Positions 41,501 to 56,490 of a DNA stretch of 64,000 bases are shown piece after piece. The notes beneath the pieces were generated by a model. The model was not told where the DNA came from and made no database searches. It saw nothing but the letters and a program-made list of their open reading frames with translations. Every line of letters starts with the position of its first letter. Position 1 is the stretch's first letter. A program made the translations under genes and the position numbers. The stretch is from positions 189,224,001 to 189,288,000 of the forward strand of contig OZ024740.1 of assembly GCA_964016885.1 (NCBI GenBank), written 5' to 3'. Origin of the DNA: Eledone cirrhosa. Its lineage: Eukaryota.

Positions 41501-44500
41501 CCTGGTACTTTTTTTGTTGACAATGGACATGTGAAAGGCAAGTTTGAACAAGGCAGGATTTGAACCCTTAATAAATACTACAAAATATATCGTTTAATAA
41601 AGGTGTGCTAATAATTTTTCTAATCCACGATAAAAATTGTCATAATAATAATAATTTTCCTTGGTATGGTTTGCTGAGCAATCGGTTGATAGGAGATGCA
41701 TTAATTGGCCTCAGATCAGTCCCTGATCTCAGAGGCCCAATATATCATACAGATTTCTGGCTGTTCTAATGATGATGATGATGATGGTAGTGGTGGCAGT
41801 GGTGGTGTTGCTGTTGTTGGTGGTGATGGTTTCTAAATTGAATGAGGCAAGCAATTTGGAGTGAGGCGTAAGTCATTGAAATTGACACAAGTACATGAAT
41901 GTTACCCTATTTTATCAACCACAGAAGGATGAAAGGCAATGTTGACCTCAGCAGCATTTAAACTGAAAATATAAAGACTGAAACAATGCTGCAAAGCATT
42001 CTGTCCAATACTCTAACATAATAATAATAATAATAATAATAATAATATGGCATTTAACTTTGGAATCTACATCAGATGCTAGATATAAATGTAATTGGTA
42101 TTTAATAAAGCTTATTCTTTTTACCACAAGTAATTGTATTTGATTTCCATTTGCATTAAGATTAGAATCATAGATTAGAAATTGGCAAAAAAAAAAGACA
42201 AAACAAAAAAACAACAAAAACAAAACATGTTTGTATGCATGAAAACAAAATGTGTGAAATGTGTAAAATAGTAAACAACATAAACAGATGTAAAAAAGAA
42301 AAAGAGATATGAGTTGTGACTGAAATCATGAATTATGCTGGTTGAACGAAAGGGAGATTGGGGGGGGGGGGGTATGAGAAACAGTGAGAGAGAGGGGGAG
42401 AGAGAATTATTTAAACAAGTGTTGCTAAAAAAAGCAACTGTACAAATAAAATTTGATATAGTCATAATAATAGTATTAGCAACAAAATACCAACATTAAT
42501 ATAGACAAGTTGGATAATGAATTGATATTTTAAACACTTTTTATTATTTTTATTAATATTATAATATCTAGCATTTGTTATTATTTCAAGAATATCAATG
42601 ATATTTGAATAATGAAATAGAAAGAAATAGGAAAAGAAAAAGGAAATAAGAACAGCTTCTGGCATACACCCATACATTGTATTAAATATAACACTCATAC
42701 ATATATAGGCATCATATACATACAAACATACACATAAACAACATACACATGCACTATATACACATGCACTACATACATCAAGCAGAAATCTAACTAGAAA
42801 AAGCTTACATGACTTTTACAAAAATTATATAATGTTCTTACTGTTTGTCAAACTATACAATCACTTAGAAAATGTATTCATTCACATGGTTTTATGACAG
42901 CTTCTATATTCAATTTTTTGTTTGTTTAGCCCTAAACAATTGATGCTGTGTATGTGTTTGTATAAATATGATTTGTCTGCGTATTTATGTTTTGTGTATT
43001 TGGGTACGTGTGGCAAATTTTACTTCTCATCCTTCTGTGGATTAATCAAATAAAGTACTAATTTATGGCAGTGGATTTTAAGATTTGATAGCATATTGGA
43101 CAAAATGCCTTGTGATATGTTTCAGTCAATTATGTCAATAGTATCCAAGGAGATGTGAAGAATTTAACTGTAACCATCTGACATTATGATATAATGCAAA
43201 AAAGAAACAAAACAAAAAGAAACAAAAAATCAATCAAATACCATAAAGAAACTACATTTGTATTCTTCCATAACATTTCCACGACTTCCTCATAACTCCC
43301 ATCATAGACATTACTATGTCTAATTTGTCAATTTGAGGGTATAAAAATAAAGTGTGTGATTGAATCTGTATACCTATGCTATTAATTTCTGTAAGATTTA
43401 CAAATAATTGAATTGGGCACCAGGGGGCCAAAGAAATGTTGGAATGTAGATTAATCCTGAATTGTTGAGCTGATTATCACAACTATATTAATCTTAGAAA
43501 TTTCAAAGTTATCTTTGTATATGTACATAACATATGATCATGGATTCAAACATTGATGTGGTTTAACTCCGATCAAGCAGATCTATAAACAAAAGAGTTT
43601 CATCCATGTCCACCCCATTTATTTTGCAGTGAATCTTACTATTATTTATTACAGTAGCTCATAATTTGGAGACATTTGTCAGCTATTTTTAGCAGGGAAA
43701 ATAAGTGGTAATGTGTCAGTTGCAAGAAACTCCCATGAGAGCTGAAGAACAGCAAGTATTCAGAGAAGAAACCCCACCCAAGCAAATGTTTCAGGTTTTA
43801 ACCCCTTACACACTAAAGAAGGCTGGACCACATCCAGGTCATGACTTCTGGGTGCCCTTCTGACATTTATCCATTTTGGTATCAGAAACTTGCTGTGTAT
43901 TTAAACTGTATGGAGATTTTGTTGACAAGATCTAGCTGGAACTTCTCTCCATTGCCTCTGCTTTCAAACTTATATTTAAATGCCTACTTGAGTTTAATAA
44001 TATTGGTAGTTGTGGCAGCAGTGAGACGTCAAATGGTGTCACCACTATAGCCATGACTCACTCATAGTGAATTCCTTAGCTTACATTAAAATACAAACAT
44101 AATGTACTCAAATGGTATGGAGGCCATTTTTGTAACTCTCCGATCAGCTCCAGCTGGAACTCCTTTCTGCTGCCTCAGATATTACCTCTATAGAGGCTTT
44201 TTTGTTGGCTTCAAACATTGATACACCAATGTTTGTCCCTCTCAAAAAGGGATTATTTTGCTGCTTGTCTCTCTCTTTAGTGTGTCTGTCTGACAGTCAG
44301 TGATTTACAATTCTAGCTTTATTGTTATATTGATAGTGGTAGGATGGGAAATCAATTTGGAACTCGATAACTTGATCCAACAGTATGCAAATGGAGAATA
44401 CTACTCACTCATGATAACACAACAAAATAAATGTAAAAAAAGTATAAATAGGTCTTTCCCTTTCTTGGTTTCTCTCTCTCTTACCCTCATCCTCTAATCC

Positions 44501-44570
44501 TCTTCCCTTATAACTCTCAATAAGTATATTATATATGTACACACACACACACACACGTATATATATATAC

Positions 44571-44626
<56 letters not shown>

Positions 44627-44971
44627 TCATCATCATCATCATATATTGATATATACATATATGTATATATAATATATATATATGCATTTATATAGAGAGG
44701 CAATGAAATAGTATTGCATATATAAACATAAATTCATATATGTGTGTGTGTTTGCATGCGCGCACGCGCACACACACAAACACATATATCTTCTTCTAGA
44801 TATTTTTTCATGTCTGTTTATGTACAGGAAAGTGTATCACCTTCCATTTGTTTATTTCCACTTGGCTAACATTGATAGAGTTATCTATCAGTATTGATTG
44901 CTAATTTGTAAATATTTCCAATTATTTATGTCTGGAAGCTAATCAGTATTAACATTTCTGTGAGAGAGAGA

Positions 44972-45011
<40 letters not shown>

Positions 45012-45013
<2 letters not shown>

Positions 45014-45315
45014 TTTTCGGTACGCCTGACCGACTGAACTCACTCGATATGCAAATTAGGCTGCTCAGCCGTTAATTTTCATAAGGAAAGTATATACTTT
45101 CGAACGTTCAACTATCTGGCAGAAGGGTATACGGTGCTGATGATAGCTAAGAAACTAGTACATCGTTCCTGTGTCAGTGTTGAACAAAAAGGTGACGTGG
45201 TTGCCTTAACACCGTACGGCATAAATCAGGCTGTCTGTTTGTTTACAAACGGACAAAGCGGGCGTTATAATAAACGTCCGCTAAACTGATACGTACATCT
45301 ATGTATGTGTACCTG

Positions 45316-45355
<40 letters not shown>

Positions 45356-45457
45356 TGCTACTGTACGTCTGTATACATATATGTATGTACGTATACATAC
45401 ATACTTACATTTAAGTAAGTGCCGTACTAAGAGTGAGAAATGAAATTTCGTTTCATT
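45012..45457 (+). mobile_element. Dispersed monomer of the 28-kb tandem unit, within (TA)n
   Basis: Colinear with 28946-29370; hammerhead at 45131-45166 (ACGGTG-CTGATGA-TAGCTAA-GAA-ACTAGT-A-CATCGT) with 6-bp helix I and partly deleted helix II. Confidence 0.9.
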
Positions 45458-45805
45458 ATATTACAACTTATATATATATATATAATGTTTACATCTATAC
45501 TCTACATGTGTGAGACTCTGAGTAACGATAGAGTGAATCGGCAATTTGTACTTATAAGTATAAATTTTACATTATCTATTGAGGGGTTGTTACTTATATT
45601 TGTACATATGAACATAATATTTATATGTACACATGCAAGTGTAGGCAAAACCACTGCATATATATGACATATATATGTGTGTATGCATGCATGTATGTGT
45701 GTATATATTTATATATGCATGTAAAAAGTAAACAGAAATAACAAAGCAAATGACAGTAAAATAAAGAAATATATTAGTTTAATACTTGATATAGTAAGAA
45801 AAGAT

Positions 45806-45841
45806 TCTTAACGTTTCGGACACAAGTCCTTTATCAGAAGA
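45806..45841 (-). ncRNA. Minimal type I hammerhead, G8-to-A lesion, in a ~230-bp element (45720-45950)
   Basis: TCTT-CTGATAA-A-GGAC(TTGT)GTCC-GAA-ACGT-T-AAGA; downstream flank matches the 33.6-kb element. Confidence 0.7.
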
Positions 45842-45947
45842 TAGAATAAGAAATAAAATATGAAATTAGAAAGATAAAAAGTGGGAAAAAGAATGAATGA
45901 AAAAAAATTATTTTTGGTGAAATGTATGTATTCAGTTAACCATTTTG

Positions 45948-45978
<31 letters not shown>

Positions 45979-46117
45979 GTCGGGGGTTCCTGACTCTTTT
46001 CCTATTACACGCTCTACTACCCTAAGTATCGAGTACTCTGGTGCGTTATGGTTCACCTGGTTTCTTACCATACTGTCTTTGTTATATATATATATATACA
46101 TACATACATATATATAC

Positions 46118-46190
<73 letters not shown>

Positions 46191-47534
46191 CACACATATA
46201 TATATGTATATATATACATATATTTATACATATTCAAATATACACACATATATATATGTACATTCTATTTTGTTGTGAATTATATGCAATATAAAGGGTA
46301 GCACCATGCCACAATCGATAGTATAATAGATTATAGTTTGCTTGTCTCTGCCACACAAGTAAATAATCAATTCTCTCTCTCTCTGTCTCCCTCCCCCTCT
46401 GTCTGACTTCTCTTGTCAAGAAATCAAATTGTTATTTTTCCTCTGTTACTCTTGTGGGAAAACCAAATTATTCTTTCATTCCATTTCTCCCTTACAGGAA
46501 AATTAAATCAATTGTTTTGTCCAGCTCTCTCTCCCCTACCTGAATGTCCATTAATTATCCTACCTGATGTCTTTCTCTATTTTGCTCTGTCTCAGTACCT
46601 CTTTCTCTCTGTATGTGTTTGTTTATATACTTATATATTTCTCCTACCCGCTCACTATTTCTATTTTCTTTTCTTCATTTCTCATGTTTCTATATGCATC
46701 TATTTATATCTGTATTTCCTCCATTTAAAAAAATGAAAATCCTGCACCCCTTTTGCTCACTTTCATCACATGCCTTTGCATGTGCATATGCAGGCACATA
46801 CATACACACACATTTACCATCAAATATAAAATTATATATAGTTATTTCTTTGGCAAATTTCTGCCGGTCAATTACTAATAAATTTACATTTCCACATACC
46901 TTTGATCAAAGACGATCTAACTATGACTGTCATATCTTTTTGTATATCAGAGTTTATATCATCTGTGTGAGTTGATGTAGATTTGGCTGTTGTTTCTAGC
47001 ATGTCTTGTCACCTCACAGAGACTACCTTAGTGGCTTGGCTTATTTTTATGGTCATCATCATCGTTTTTACATCTGATTTTCCATGCTTGCATGGGTTGG
47101 TCATGTAGTTAGATATATGATGGACACTTAATAGTTGAAATAATTGCTCAAGGCAATGTGTAATTGTGCAAGGTGGCAAAAAACATTTTAATAGAGAGAA
47201 ATGAATATACGAAAAAGGAACATTAGAAGCAGATGAAAGAATAAATAATCTTTAGTGACAGACAGTGATAGAATATATTATTTTATACTATAGTATCATG
47301 TATAAATTTTATATATGTTTGGTATCTCCAGAGATATTCTAAGCAACTAAATGTCTCTGCCCATTAAAGAAAGCATTAAAAAAAAAGTAAAAGTTAATAA
47401 AAGTAAGAATCATGATTTTATAAAGTAAATCAGATTTAACTGGACTGTTTCATGTTTTTAACTGTTTTTTGAGGAAGTGGTTATTCAGGTATTTGTCTGA
47501 TTTATTAAAATATTGCAGTCACATATATATATAT

Positions 47535-47840
47535 CATCATTATCATCGCTGTTTTACGTCCATTCTTCCATGCTAGCATGGGTTAGATGGGTTGTCCGGT
47601 TGGCTAGCCTTGTCTTGCTTATACGGGAACTGATTCTGGCTTGATTTCTACAGCTGGATGCCCTTCTTAACACCAACCTCATTTACAGTAAGTGCTGGGT
47701 GCTTTTTTGCCATGGCACCTCCACGACCACTTTGCAGTGGGAAGGGGTGAGGCATATTGTCTATATGCTTCAGCTTGTACACCTTGGGAGGTCAGGTCTT
47801 CTGTATTACTGCGTGATACCAGAGGTCACGGTCCTGTGTA
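47535..47840 (-). mobile_element. RTE-related 3' UTR/tail fragment, second subfamily
   Basis: Terminal stem-loop CCCATGCTAGCATGGA and GCTGGATGCCCTTC..AACACCAACC block shared with the RTE UTR. Confidence 0.75.
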
Positions 47841-48852
47841 AAAAAAATATATATAAATATATATATATATGTGTATGTATATATATGTGTGTGTATACAT
47901 ATTTTACTGAAACCAACCGAACAACTAAGAAACATCTTGAAATATTTCACACAAACTCAGGAAGGAGCATTATGAGGTGGGGTGGCTGTTGCTGAGTGTG
48001 TTCCTGGCCATTGTCTGTGGAAATGCCTTTCCAGTCTTGTCCACGAGGTGCAGCCCCAACACTGCGGCACCCTAGGCCTAGAGCCCATCACCATCCCTTT
48101 CCCCCCTCTCATACTTCTGTGACCCTAGAGCCTTTGCCTTTCCCTTCATTTTCCGTTTTTTAAATATCTGTAGTGTTGTTGTTACTTGCCATTACTCAGA
48201 AATATTTTAAAAGCATTGTATCAAATAAAGTTTTTGGTATATTTGATACTTTTTGAAATATTGATGCTGATACATAAATCAAGAACAACTCATATGCAAT
48301 TCAAGACAAAGAAAATAGTTGTAATCATGTATCATTGTTTGTTTGATGGGAAATATGGGGGTGGAGGGGGTCAAAAGTTCAATATTCTACAGTGACTAAC
48401 CTGGTGTCATTTATCATCATCATCATCATCATCAACATCAACATCATCATCATCATCTCATCGTCACCATGTTCGTTTATAGCATTGTTGTTGATGTTGT
48501 TGCTGTTAGTAGTAGTAGTAGTAGTATTACAAAAGGAAATATTTCTATATTTCACAGTTGTAAAACATGAGGTATAATATTTCAAAATTTTAAAGTTCTC
48601 AATATGTTTCCTTTCCTTTAGTTTCCCCATTAGATGTTATTGCACTTTGATTCCTCCTCATCCTCCCCCTCTCTCTGTCTTATCAATAGTTAGTTTCTTC
48701 AATTACAGTAGTAAAAGAAAAAATATAAAATACGAAAAAAGATGATGATAATTGTATAAATGAGATTCAGTTTCCTGCTTGATCAATTTGAGAGATTGCT
48801 ACAGTTTCCTTATCATATTATGGATCCATGTCAAAACTTTGAATTTAAACTT

Positions 48853-48930
<78 letters not shown>

Positions 48931-48931
48931 G

Positions 48932-48967
<36 letters not shown>

Positions 48968-49119
48968 AGCATATTTCTTTTCTTTTGGTGGTCCACTAGG
49001 GTTTCATTGTTTACTAGGTTCTATTGAGGGATATCGAGAAGTCTATAATGAACTTCATGTGTTCAATCATACAAATAAAACGAAAAAGGGAAAACATACT
49101 ATATATATATATATACACA

Positions 49120-50314
49120 CAGGGTGCGGACGATATTTGTTCGCAAGATTACTGTCTAGGAAAAATTAAGACAGTAGTTTTATTTTTTAAGATATATTTA
49201 TCAAACTTGGGTCAGTTTGTTTTCATGACTTGTTCTTTCGATCTCACTCGATAAACCCGGCATTGGCTTTGATGACGGCCTCAAGGCAGCCTCGGAACCG
49301 GCTACAGGCCTTCGTCACTGTCCCCCGACTTAGACCCCTAAAGGCACTTGTGATCCTGGCTTTCAGATCGTCTTTCGTATTGCAGCTAGATCTGTTGGTG
49401 TCTCGTTCCACTGCGCCCCACACAAAGAAGTCAAGGGGGTTGCAGTCAGGCGAGCTGGGAGGCCAGGTGTCAGGTGAAGTGTGGTCGACGAAGTTCTCTG
49501 ACAGCGAGGCTTGGGTCTTTTGGCTGGTATGGCAGGGCGCTGAGTCTTGCTGCCACAAGTACGGCCTACCTGCAGCTACCTGGTCGATCCAGGGCTTTAC
49601 TACCTCGTTCAGAACGCGGATGTAGCCATCGGTGTTCAGCTTGAGGCCCTCATGGAAGAAGTGAGGTGGAATGACGTCACCTTGACTGCTGACGACACCT
49701 AAGACCAATATTGTCGCTGGAAACTTTGTCTGCATGACTCTGGGCACGTCTTTGGATGAGACAGCGAGCCACCTGTTGTTCTGGGAGTTGATCTTCTGGT
49801 CTTGGCAGAAGTTTTTCTTGTCGGAGAAAAACCACAGCATGTCTGGCCCCAGTGGGTGTTTCAACTTGTTGATCAGCTTCTTTGCGTGCTTCAGTCGCTT
49901 TTCTTGCATCGCCTTTGACAGAAATTATCCTTTCCTCATCTTGTATGAAACATAGCGAATGTCTTCATGTACCACCAGCCTAATGAGCTTTTCATCCATG
50001 CCTTTCTCCCTTGAAATGGCACGCATCGACTTGCTAAGTTCATTGTTGATGATATCCTGAACTTCAGTGACGAACTCTGGCGTTCTGACCTTTCTGACCT
50101 TTTCCACCATTCTCCTGCTGATGCTAAGAAAGTCTGAAATTTCCTTATTTGTCCTCCCGGTGCGGATTCCAAGAAGAACTCCGTGTCTCTTCCACAAATT
50201 TGGAGGTTATCAATTATTCTGAAAATAAATAATGGAAATATAGTCACAGTTTTTGTGAAGACAAGAGTGACAACGGAAGTAAAAAAAAATTGCATAAATA
50301 TCGTCCAAACCCTG
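49120..50314 (-). mobile_element. DD37D (maT-family) Tc1/mariner transposon, ~1.2 kb
   Basis: TIRs CAGGGTGCGGACGATATTT / CAGGGTTTGGACGATATTT; TA at the right end. Confidence 0.92.
49244..50197 (-). pseudogene. maT DD37D transposase, interrupted
   Basis: FSD, QQDSAPCH and SPDCNPLD motifs with 37 residues between the 2nd and 3rd Asp; in-frame TAA at 49925-49927 (RKG*FLSKAMQ); no clear start codon. Confidence 0.92.
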
Positions 50315-50416
50315 TACATACACATGCTTTTTCGTTAGCATTAAACTAATATATATCATCACTGTTTCTATTGTTCATCCATGTTCTTTTTCCTTGTTTA
50401 TTTATCTCATATATAT

Positions 50417-50480
<64 letters not shown>

Positions 50481-51464
50481 ATCATTTTTTTTATTATTTA
50501 CTCAGCTGACATTTCCTGTTGTGGAATTACTACAATATATGATTCTAAAAAGTTACAGATATATTTGATATATTGATCTGTTTCTAGTTTTATATTGTCA
50601 CATCATTAATTTTTCACATATTCTATATTTAACACCATTTTAAAAACTCATCAAATAATTGCATTAACTTTAACTTTCTTACATCTTTGTTAAGTTTATA
50701 AATACAGCTATTTACATTTTGAATTCAAATCCAACCAAGTTCAACTTTGACTTTCATCATTCTGACGTTAACAACATACAGAACCAGCCAAGAACTAGAG
50801 TTGGTTTAATCAGCTCGGCCCCTTTCTTTCAAAATATTTGGCCATGTATCTATGTTGGGAACAATTATTAAAGGGCAGTGAATAGGCAGAATTGTTATAT
50901 TGTCAGACAAAATGCCTTGCAGTACTGCTGGGATCAATTTTTCCTTTTATCATTTTATGGTAAATAAAATAAGGCATCAGTTAACTTCTGGATTTGTTAT
51001 ATTAGACTATCTCTCCAAATCTGAAGCCTCGTTCCCGTGGAAGAAATAACATTGATTTCTTTTATTGACCACATGGGTTAAATGACATTGAGGTCCATAC
51101 AAGGAGGAAAAACAACATAAACAGAAAGTAAAATCAACAAGAAACTTGGGATAAATAATAAAAATAATAATGATAAAATAAAGTACCAGTAATGAACTGG
51201 GGTTAATTTAATTAACTTTCACCTCACCGAAAATTGTTGGCCTAAATCAGAAACCAATATTATTATTATTAGCATTTCCCTCTATTTATTCCCATTAAGA
51301 TTTATATAGACTCATGATTGAATTAGGAATTTGTTTTGTTTCAAAGTCAATTTTCAAAGGTAGTCTTCAATGTTGTCACCTTTCATTAACGTAGATTAAT
51401 CAGATTCACACCACTGGTTTTATTTGTTTAAGTTTCATAAGCCTTCCCCTACTTTTTCACTCCA

Positions 51465-51514
<50 letters not shown>

Positions 51515-52320
51515 CATAAAAAGTCTAAGTATAAGTGCAAATATATGCATACATTTTTCATGAATGTATATGACATACATAAACATAAAAATATGTATAC
51601 ACATACACGTATATGCACACACACACATATAATCACATACACATACACACACACATATATAAATACATACAGATAGATAGATAGATATAGAACAAATATT
51701 GGAATATTTGTAATACAATAATATCTATGGGAAAATGAAAGCACATTTCCGAATGAATGAATTGGTTCATTTCTTTTCCTTTGTATCCATTTTTTGGACA
51801 ATGTATTGCAATATTGCAGTGTCTGAAAAATGATTATCCCTGTCTCTTGTGATTTGATTTGAACACTTTGAAATATATATATATTCCTTTCGTCCCCTTT
51901 TGTTCTCCCCCTCTCCTCTTCCACCATCTCATCATCATTATCATCATCATCATCACCTTAATGATTCTGAACTTTAATGCAAATGACCACAATCATCATC
52001 AATGCTGTCATTATCTTCATTATGTATGTGAATCATCATCATTGTGTATCAAGGTAAATCATCAAGGCAATCATTAAATTCATTATCTATGAAAAATCGT
52101 CAAAAGTTATTCTTGTGCTTCGACCACCCATTCCCCCCTTTCCTTTTTATTGTCATCATCATTTATTGTTTTGATTAGTCTTCTGAATGGACTTTGAATT
52201 ATCATTATCATCATCTATGTTGTCATTATTTATATATCTGAAGTTAGATAATTCAATAAGATATATATATTTCAAATGAAAACATTTCATTCCATGACAT
52301 TAGGTGGTATATACATATAT

Positions 52321-52860
52321 ATCATCATCATCATCATCGTTTAACGTCCATCTTCCACGCTTGCATGGGTTTGGATGGGAGTTTTCCCACTTGAGGCAAG
52401 ATTTGTTGTCCTGCTCGTATAGGACTGTCTGGCGGGTTTTCTACGGCTGGATGCCCTTCCTAACACCAACCACGTTTACAGTGTGGACTGGGAGGTTTTT
52501 ACCGTGTTACCTACACGGCCACATTACAGCGTGGACTGTGTGTTTTTTTTGTCGTGACACCTACACGACCTCATTTGTTTCGGACTGGATATTGTGGTAC
52601 CAACATAACTTTACATTTAAGAGGGTGGTGTGGATGGGGTGGGGGTAGTGGGACGGGGTGTATTTTGTTAGAGGTGCCTACTGACTGTAGGTTTCGCTTT
52701 GTACTTAGGCAAGGCGGGTCTTCTGTATGACTGTGTAGCGCCAAAGATCTCGGTCCAGCGACATTGTCTTGGAGAGGTGTAAGTGTGTGAGGTCGGAATT
52801 TATCAAGTTGTCCCAGGTTTTTCTGGGTCTGCCTACTCCGTAGCTACTGTCTATTTTTAT
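52321..52860 (-). mobile_element. 5'-truncated RTE LINE (last ~50 codons plus 3' UTR) within (TA)n
   Basis: GRPRKTWDNLINSDLTHLHLSKTMSLDRDLWRY matches the 21-kb copy. Confidence 0.92.
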
Positions 52861-54596
52861 ATATATATATATACATGTATATATATATACATGTATATAT
52901 ATATATATAATCATCATAATCGTTAAATGTCCATTTCCCACGCTAGCATGGGTAGGACATGCTGTCCCGTTGTGAGAGATCGAGGTTGTAGGACCGTGCT
53001 TTGCTCACACAGAATGGATTTTGACTTGGTTTCTATTGTGACACCTTCATGATCACCTTACAGTGTGGGCATAAATATATATATATATAGAAGTATATAC
53101 GTGTTTGTGTATTAGTAAAACTACTTTCAAATCACATCATACCATCTGAGAAAATAAAGAACATATTCAACAATCCTAATATCCAGAAGGAGAGAATGGT
53201 ATTACTGAAGTGACTTTGATTATAAACCTAATTGGATTGGGGCTGACCCGGGATTAAACAATAGCTACAAATGGATGACGAGGCTTTTCTTTTGGCTTGT
53301 TATCATACATCTCGTGAACCTTGGTGTTTGCTTATTTTATTGCCTGTTAAAATGTAAAATTTCCATATATCTAAGTTTAGTTTGAAATCAGATTGCTCTG
53401 GAATGCTCATTTATATATATATATCATTCCATAACAAGATGAGAAAGATGGGTTTGTAAATTTTTGCTTGTTGTTGTTGGTGTTTTTGGTTTATGATGTA
53501 TGGCTTTGTTATTAGGATGCCGACCTATTGCTGAAGGATCATTAATTTGTATTGCATCATCTATGCTGTGATAAAAAGAATTAACTCATGCCAGGTCAAA
53601 CCACTTATGTAGTGCTAAATGAAACCTGTGTTGTGATGTAGCACACTGATCCAGGCTGATTGAACCCTGAAGCCATGAACTATGATGATCCTGTCCATAG
53701 GGATTATGCATTGCAAAATGAAATGTCAGAATATTACACATTGAATATTGGGATACAAATATAAAGAGGAAACATAAGCTTCAAAATGTGTATATGGTGT
53801 TCATTTTCATATAAATAATGACTTCCATAAAGATTAAAATACTAAAAGAGAAATTAATGTTGTCCAAATATAACACCATACAAGTGTTTGTGTGTGTGCA
53901 TGAACATATGTGTGCACTCACATGCACTCACATGCACACACACACAAATATATATATAGAGAGAGAAATGAGAAACATAGCCAATGTTATCTGAGAATTC
54001 TCCAACTATAACCAGAATAAGATAAATGACTTGAGTTTTCTTATGACTATGTGCAAAATTTGATGTAAGCAGAAATTTGACAAGTTGCTTCTGTGAATAA
54101 TAGTTATGTTCCATTAATAGATGTAAATATTGCTTATTGTAAGTTACTCACCAGCCATCTCATTGACAGCCATTTGTATTGACAAGGGAAATGGATTAGG
54201 CTAAGTTAAGCATATTGTTGGCCTTGTTTCTACAAGATATGTGAGACAGGCTTTAACTTAAATAGTTACTTAACGACTTCTTGAACTACTTTTCATGTGG
54301 GATCAGTATTTGCACTTAGACATTTTCATGGTGTTTTTTCAGATATTTTTTTAAAGAGATTTGTTACACACTCACACATATATGTGTGTGTTCTTAAATA
54401 TATTTGAACAAATTTGACTCATTTTTCTGTATTCATTTTCTAATATCTAATTGTCACGTTTAATCCCAGTTAATCTAATTATGATGTAGATATTATTTGT
54501 GTATATAATAACATTTTTGATCACAAAGTAACAACTACAAAATGAATTAAGCAGATAAAGAGAAAATATTAACCCTTTAACATTTAAACCGGAGGT

Positions 54597-54945
54597 ATCA
54601 TCATTATCATCATCATTTTACGTCCGCTTTTCCCTGTTTGCAAGGGTGGGATGGGAACTGATTCTGGCTTGATCTCTACAGCTGGATGCCCTTCATAACA
54701 CCAACCTCATCTACAATGAGTGCTGGGTGCTTTTTTTCTGTGGCGCCTACACGTCCACTTTACAGTGTGTGTTGGGTGCTTTTTTTGTTGTGGCCCTCCA
54801 CGACCACTTTGCAGTGGAATGATAGGGACCCTAGTCCTATCATCTCATTTCTACAGCTGAGTAAACTGGAGCAATGTGAAATAAAGTGTCTTGCTCATGG
54901 AAACAACACATCACCCGATTTGAGAATTGAACTCACAACCTTTTG
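54597..54945 (-). mobile_element. SINE family A ending in an RTE-derived 3' UTR and tail
   Basis: B box and family body, then RTE-like UTR blocks, stem-loop CCCTTGCAAACAGGG and (GAT)n. Confidence 0.85.
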
Positions 54946-56216
54946 ACTGCATGTACTTCCAGCATTCTCTCACTTCTTTCTGTTCAAATTGGTTGATGTT
55001 AAGGTATTGTTCTCAAAATAAATATCAAAATCTTATAGATTCTATATTATGTGAGATAAAGTCTTTACCATGAAAATATATTAGTAAATATAGAGTAATG
55101 TAATTGAAAAGAGTTTGAGTAAAATCTTTCTATGTACTGCAACACAAAATATAGTTAAACCTAATGAATTTTACAAATATATTTCTAACCAACAATATCA
55201 TCTCTCATATTCTGTTTTTTATTATTTTTACTTTCTCTTTTTTTCTTTATTTTCTTCTATCATTTTAAATATGCATTGTTTCCAGCTGGGAATCTTTTGA
55301 ATTTTACCTTGTACTGTCATCATATCAATCAACTTTGAATTAATAGTTTTTTTATTTATTTCATAGTCTTCCTACACAATTATATATTATATAGTTCAAA
55401 GTTTTTAATATTGCATTAGTTTCTAGTTATTTAAGATTATATATTTAAGGACAAGCCTTGTTTCTTTGCATATTAAGATTTTTGTTACTTAATTGCTTTA
55501 TAGGCACATGGTCTGATGATAGTTACACATTTGTTCCAAAATATCTAATTATTAAAGAAAACAAAAACATTCAACTCAGTTTCCAGCTTAGAGGCTTATT
55601 GTACCAGAGCTTACCCTGTTTTCATGTGATGTTTAGTAACTGGGAATTCAAAAACTCTTTCTTGGTTTGAACATCATCCCATTGCAAAGCTAACACAGAG
55701 CAGTTCTGGTGCTAAATGTTTCAGCTATCAGGCTGGAGCAGTGGTTAGGTGTCTTGCTCAAAGACACAAAGTACTGTGTGGTCTGAGGGTCCATAATTGT
55801 GAGCCCACACATTCAGCATTTATTATTCCTTGGCTAGATTCTGTTCTTATTACATATTATTTTTTTGTAATGAAATTTTATTGAATCATTTTCAAGATAG
55901 TCATTGAAATATTTTAATCTTGCAATACTTTCCATCTTATTGACAGAAACCATTGTTTTTGATATTGTTGTTACTTTTTATTTGCCTATGTTAGCTTTGA
56001 TCTTATAGAGGCTGCTAATTGATTAGAAGTAGTTAGTATTGATCATCATATTACCATTTCAAAATGTAAACATGTGATTCCTATTTTGAACATACTAGTT
56101 TGTTGAAGAAAATCTGGCTATTAATTCCATTAGGATAAGTGAGCATGTAAAACATATCTTATCTTATTGCATTACAAACTATTTCTTTATTTTCATACTC
56201 TCACAATAACCAGGTT

Positions 56217-56490
56217 TGTGGAAGTGCATGGAGTAGTGGTAAGGGTTTGGACTTATGGTCATAATGTTGTTCATTCAATTCCTGGACTGGGTTGTGAGCT
56301 GTGTTCTTGAGAAAAAACACTTCATTTCACATTGCTTTAGTATACTCAGTTGAAAATATGTACCAGCAATAGCTAGGAGTTTAACCCTGCGATGGACAGG
56401 CATCCTGTCTTGCACTCTCAGTTGCTACACACCACAGAAACTCAGATAAACTCTGGCTCAAAGAGCCTTTGGGCTTGAGACAGATTTAGA
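56217..56490 (+). mobile_element. SINE family A variant
   Basis: Colinear with 12897-13160. Confidence 0.75.

Noticed and set aside
54569-54596. TTAACCCTTT piggyBac-like end
   Set aside because: No matching opposite terminus found nearby
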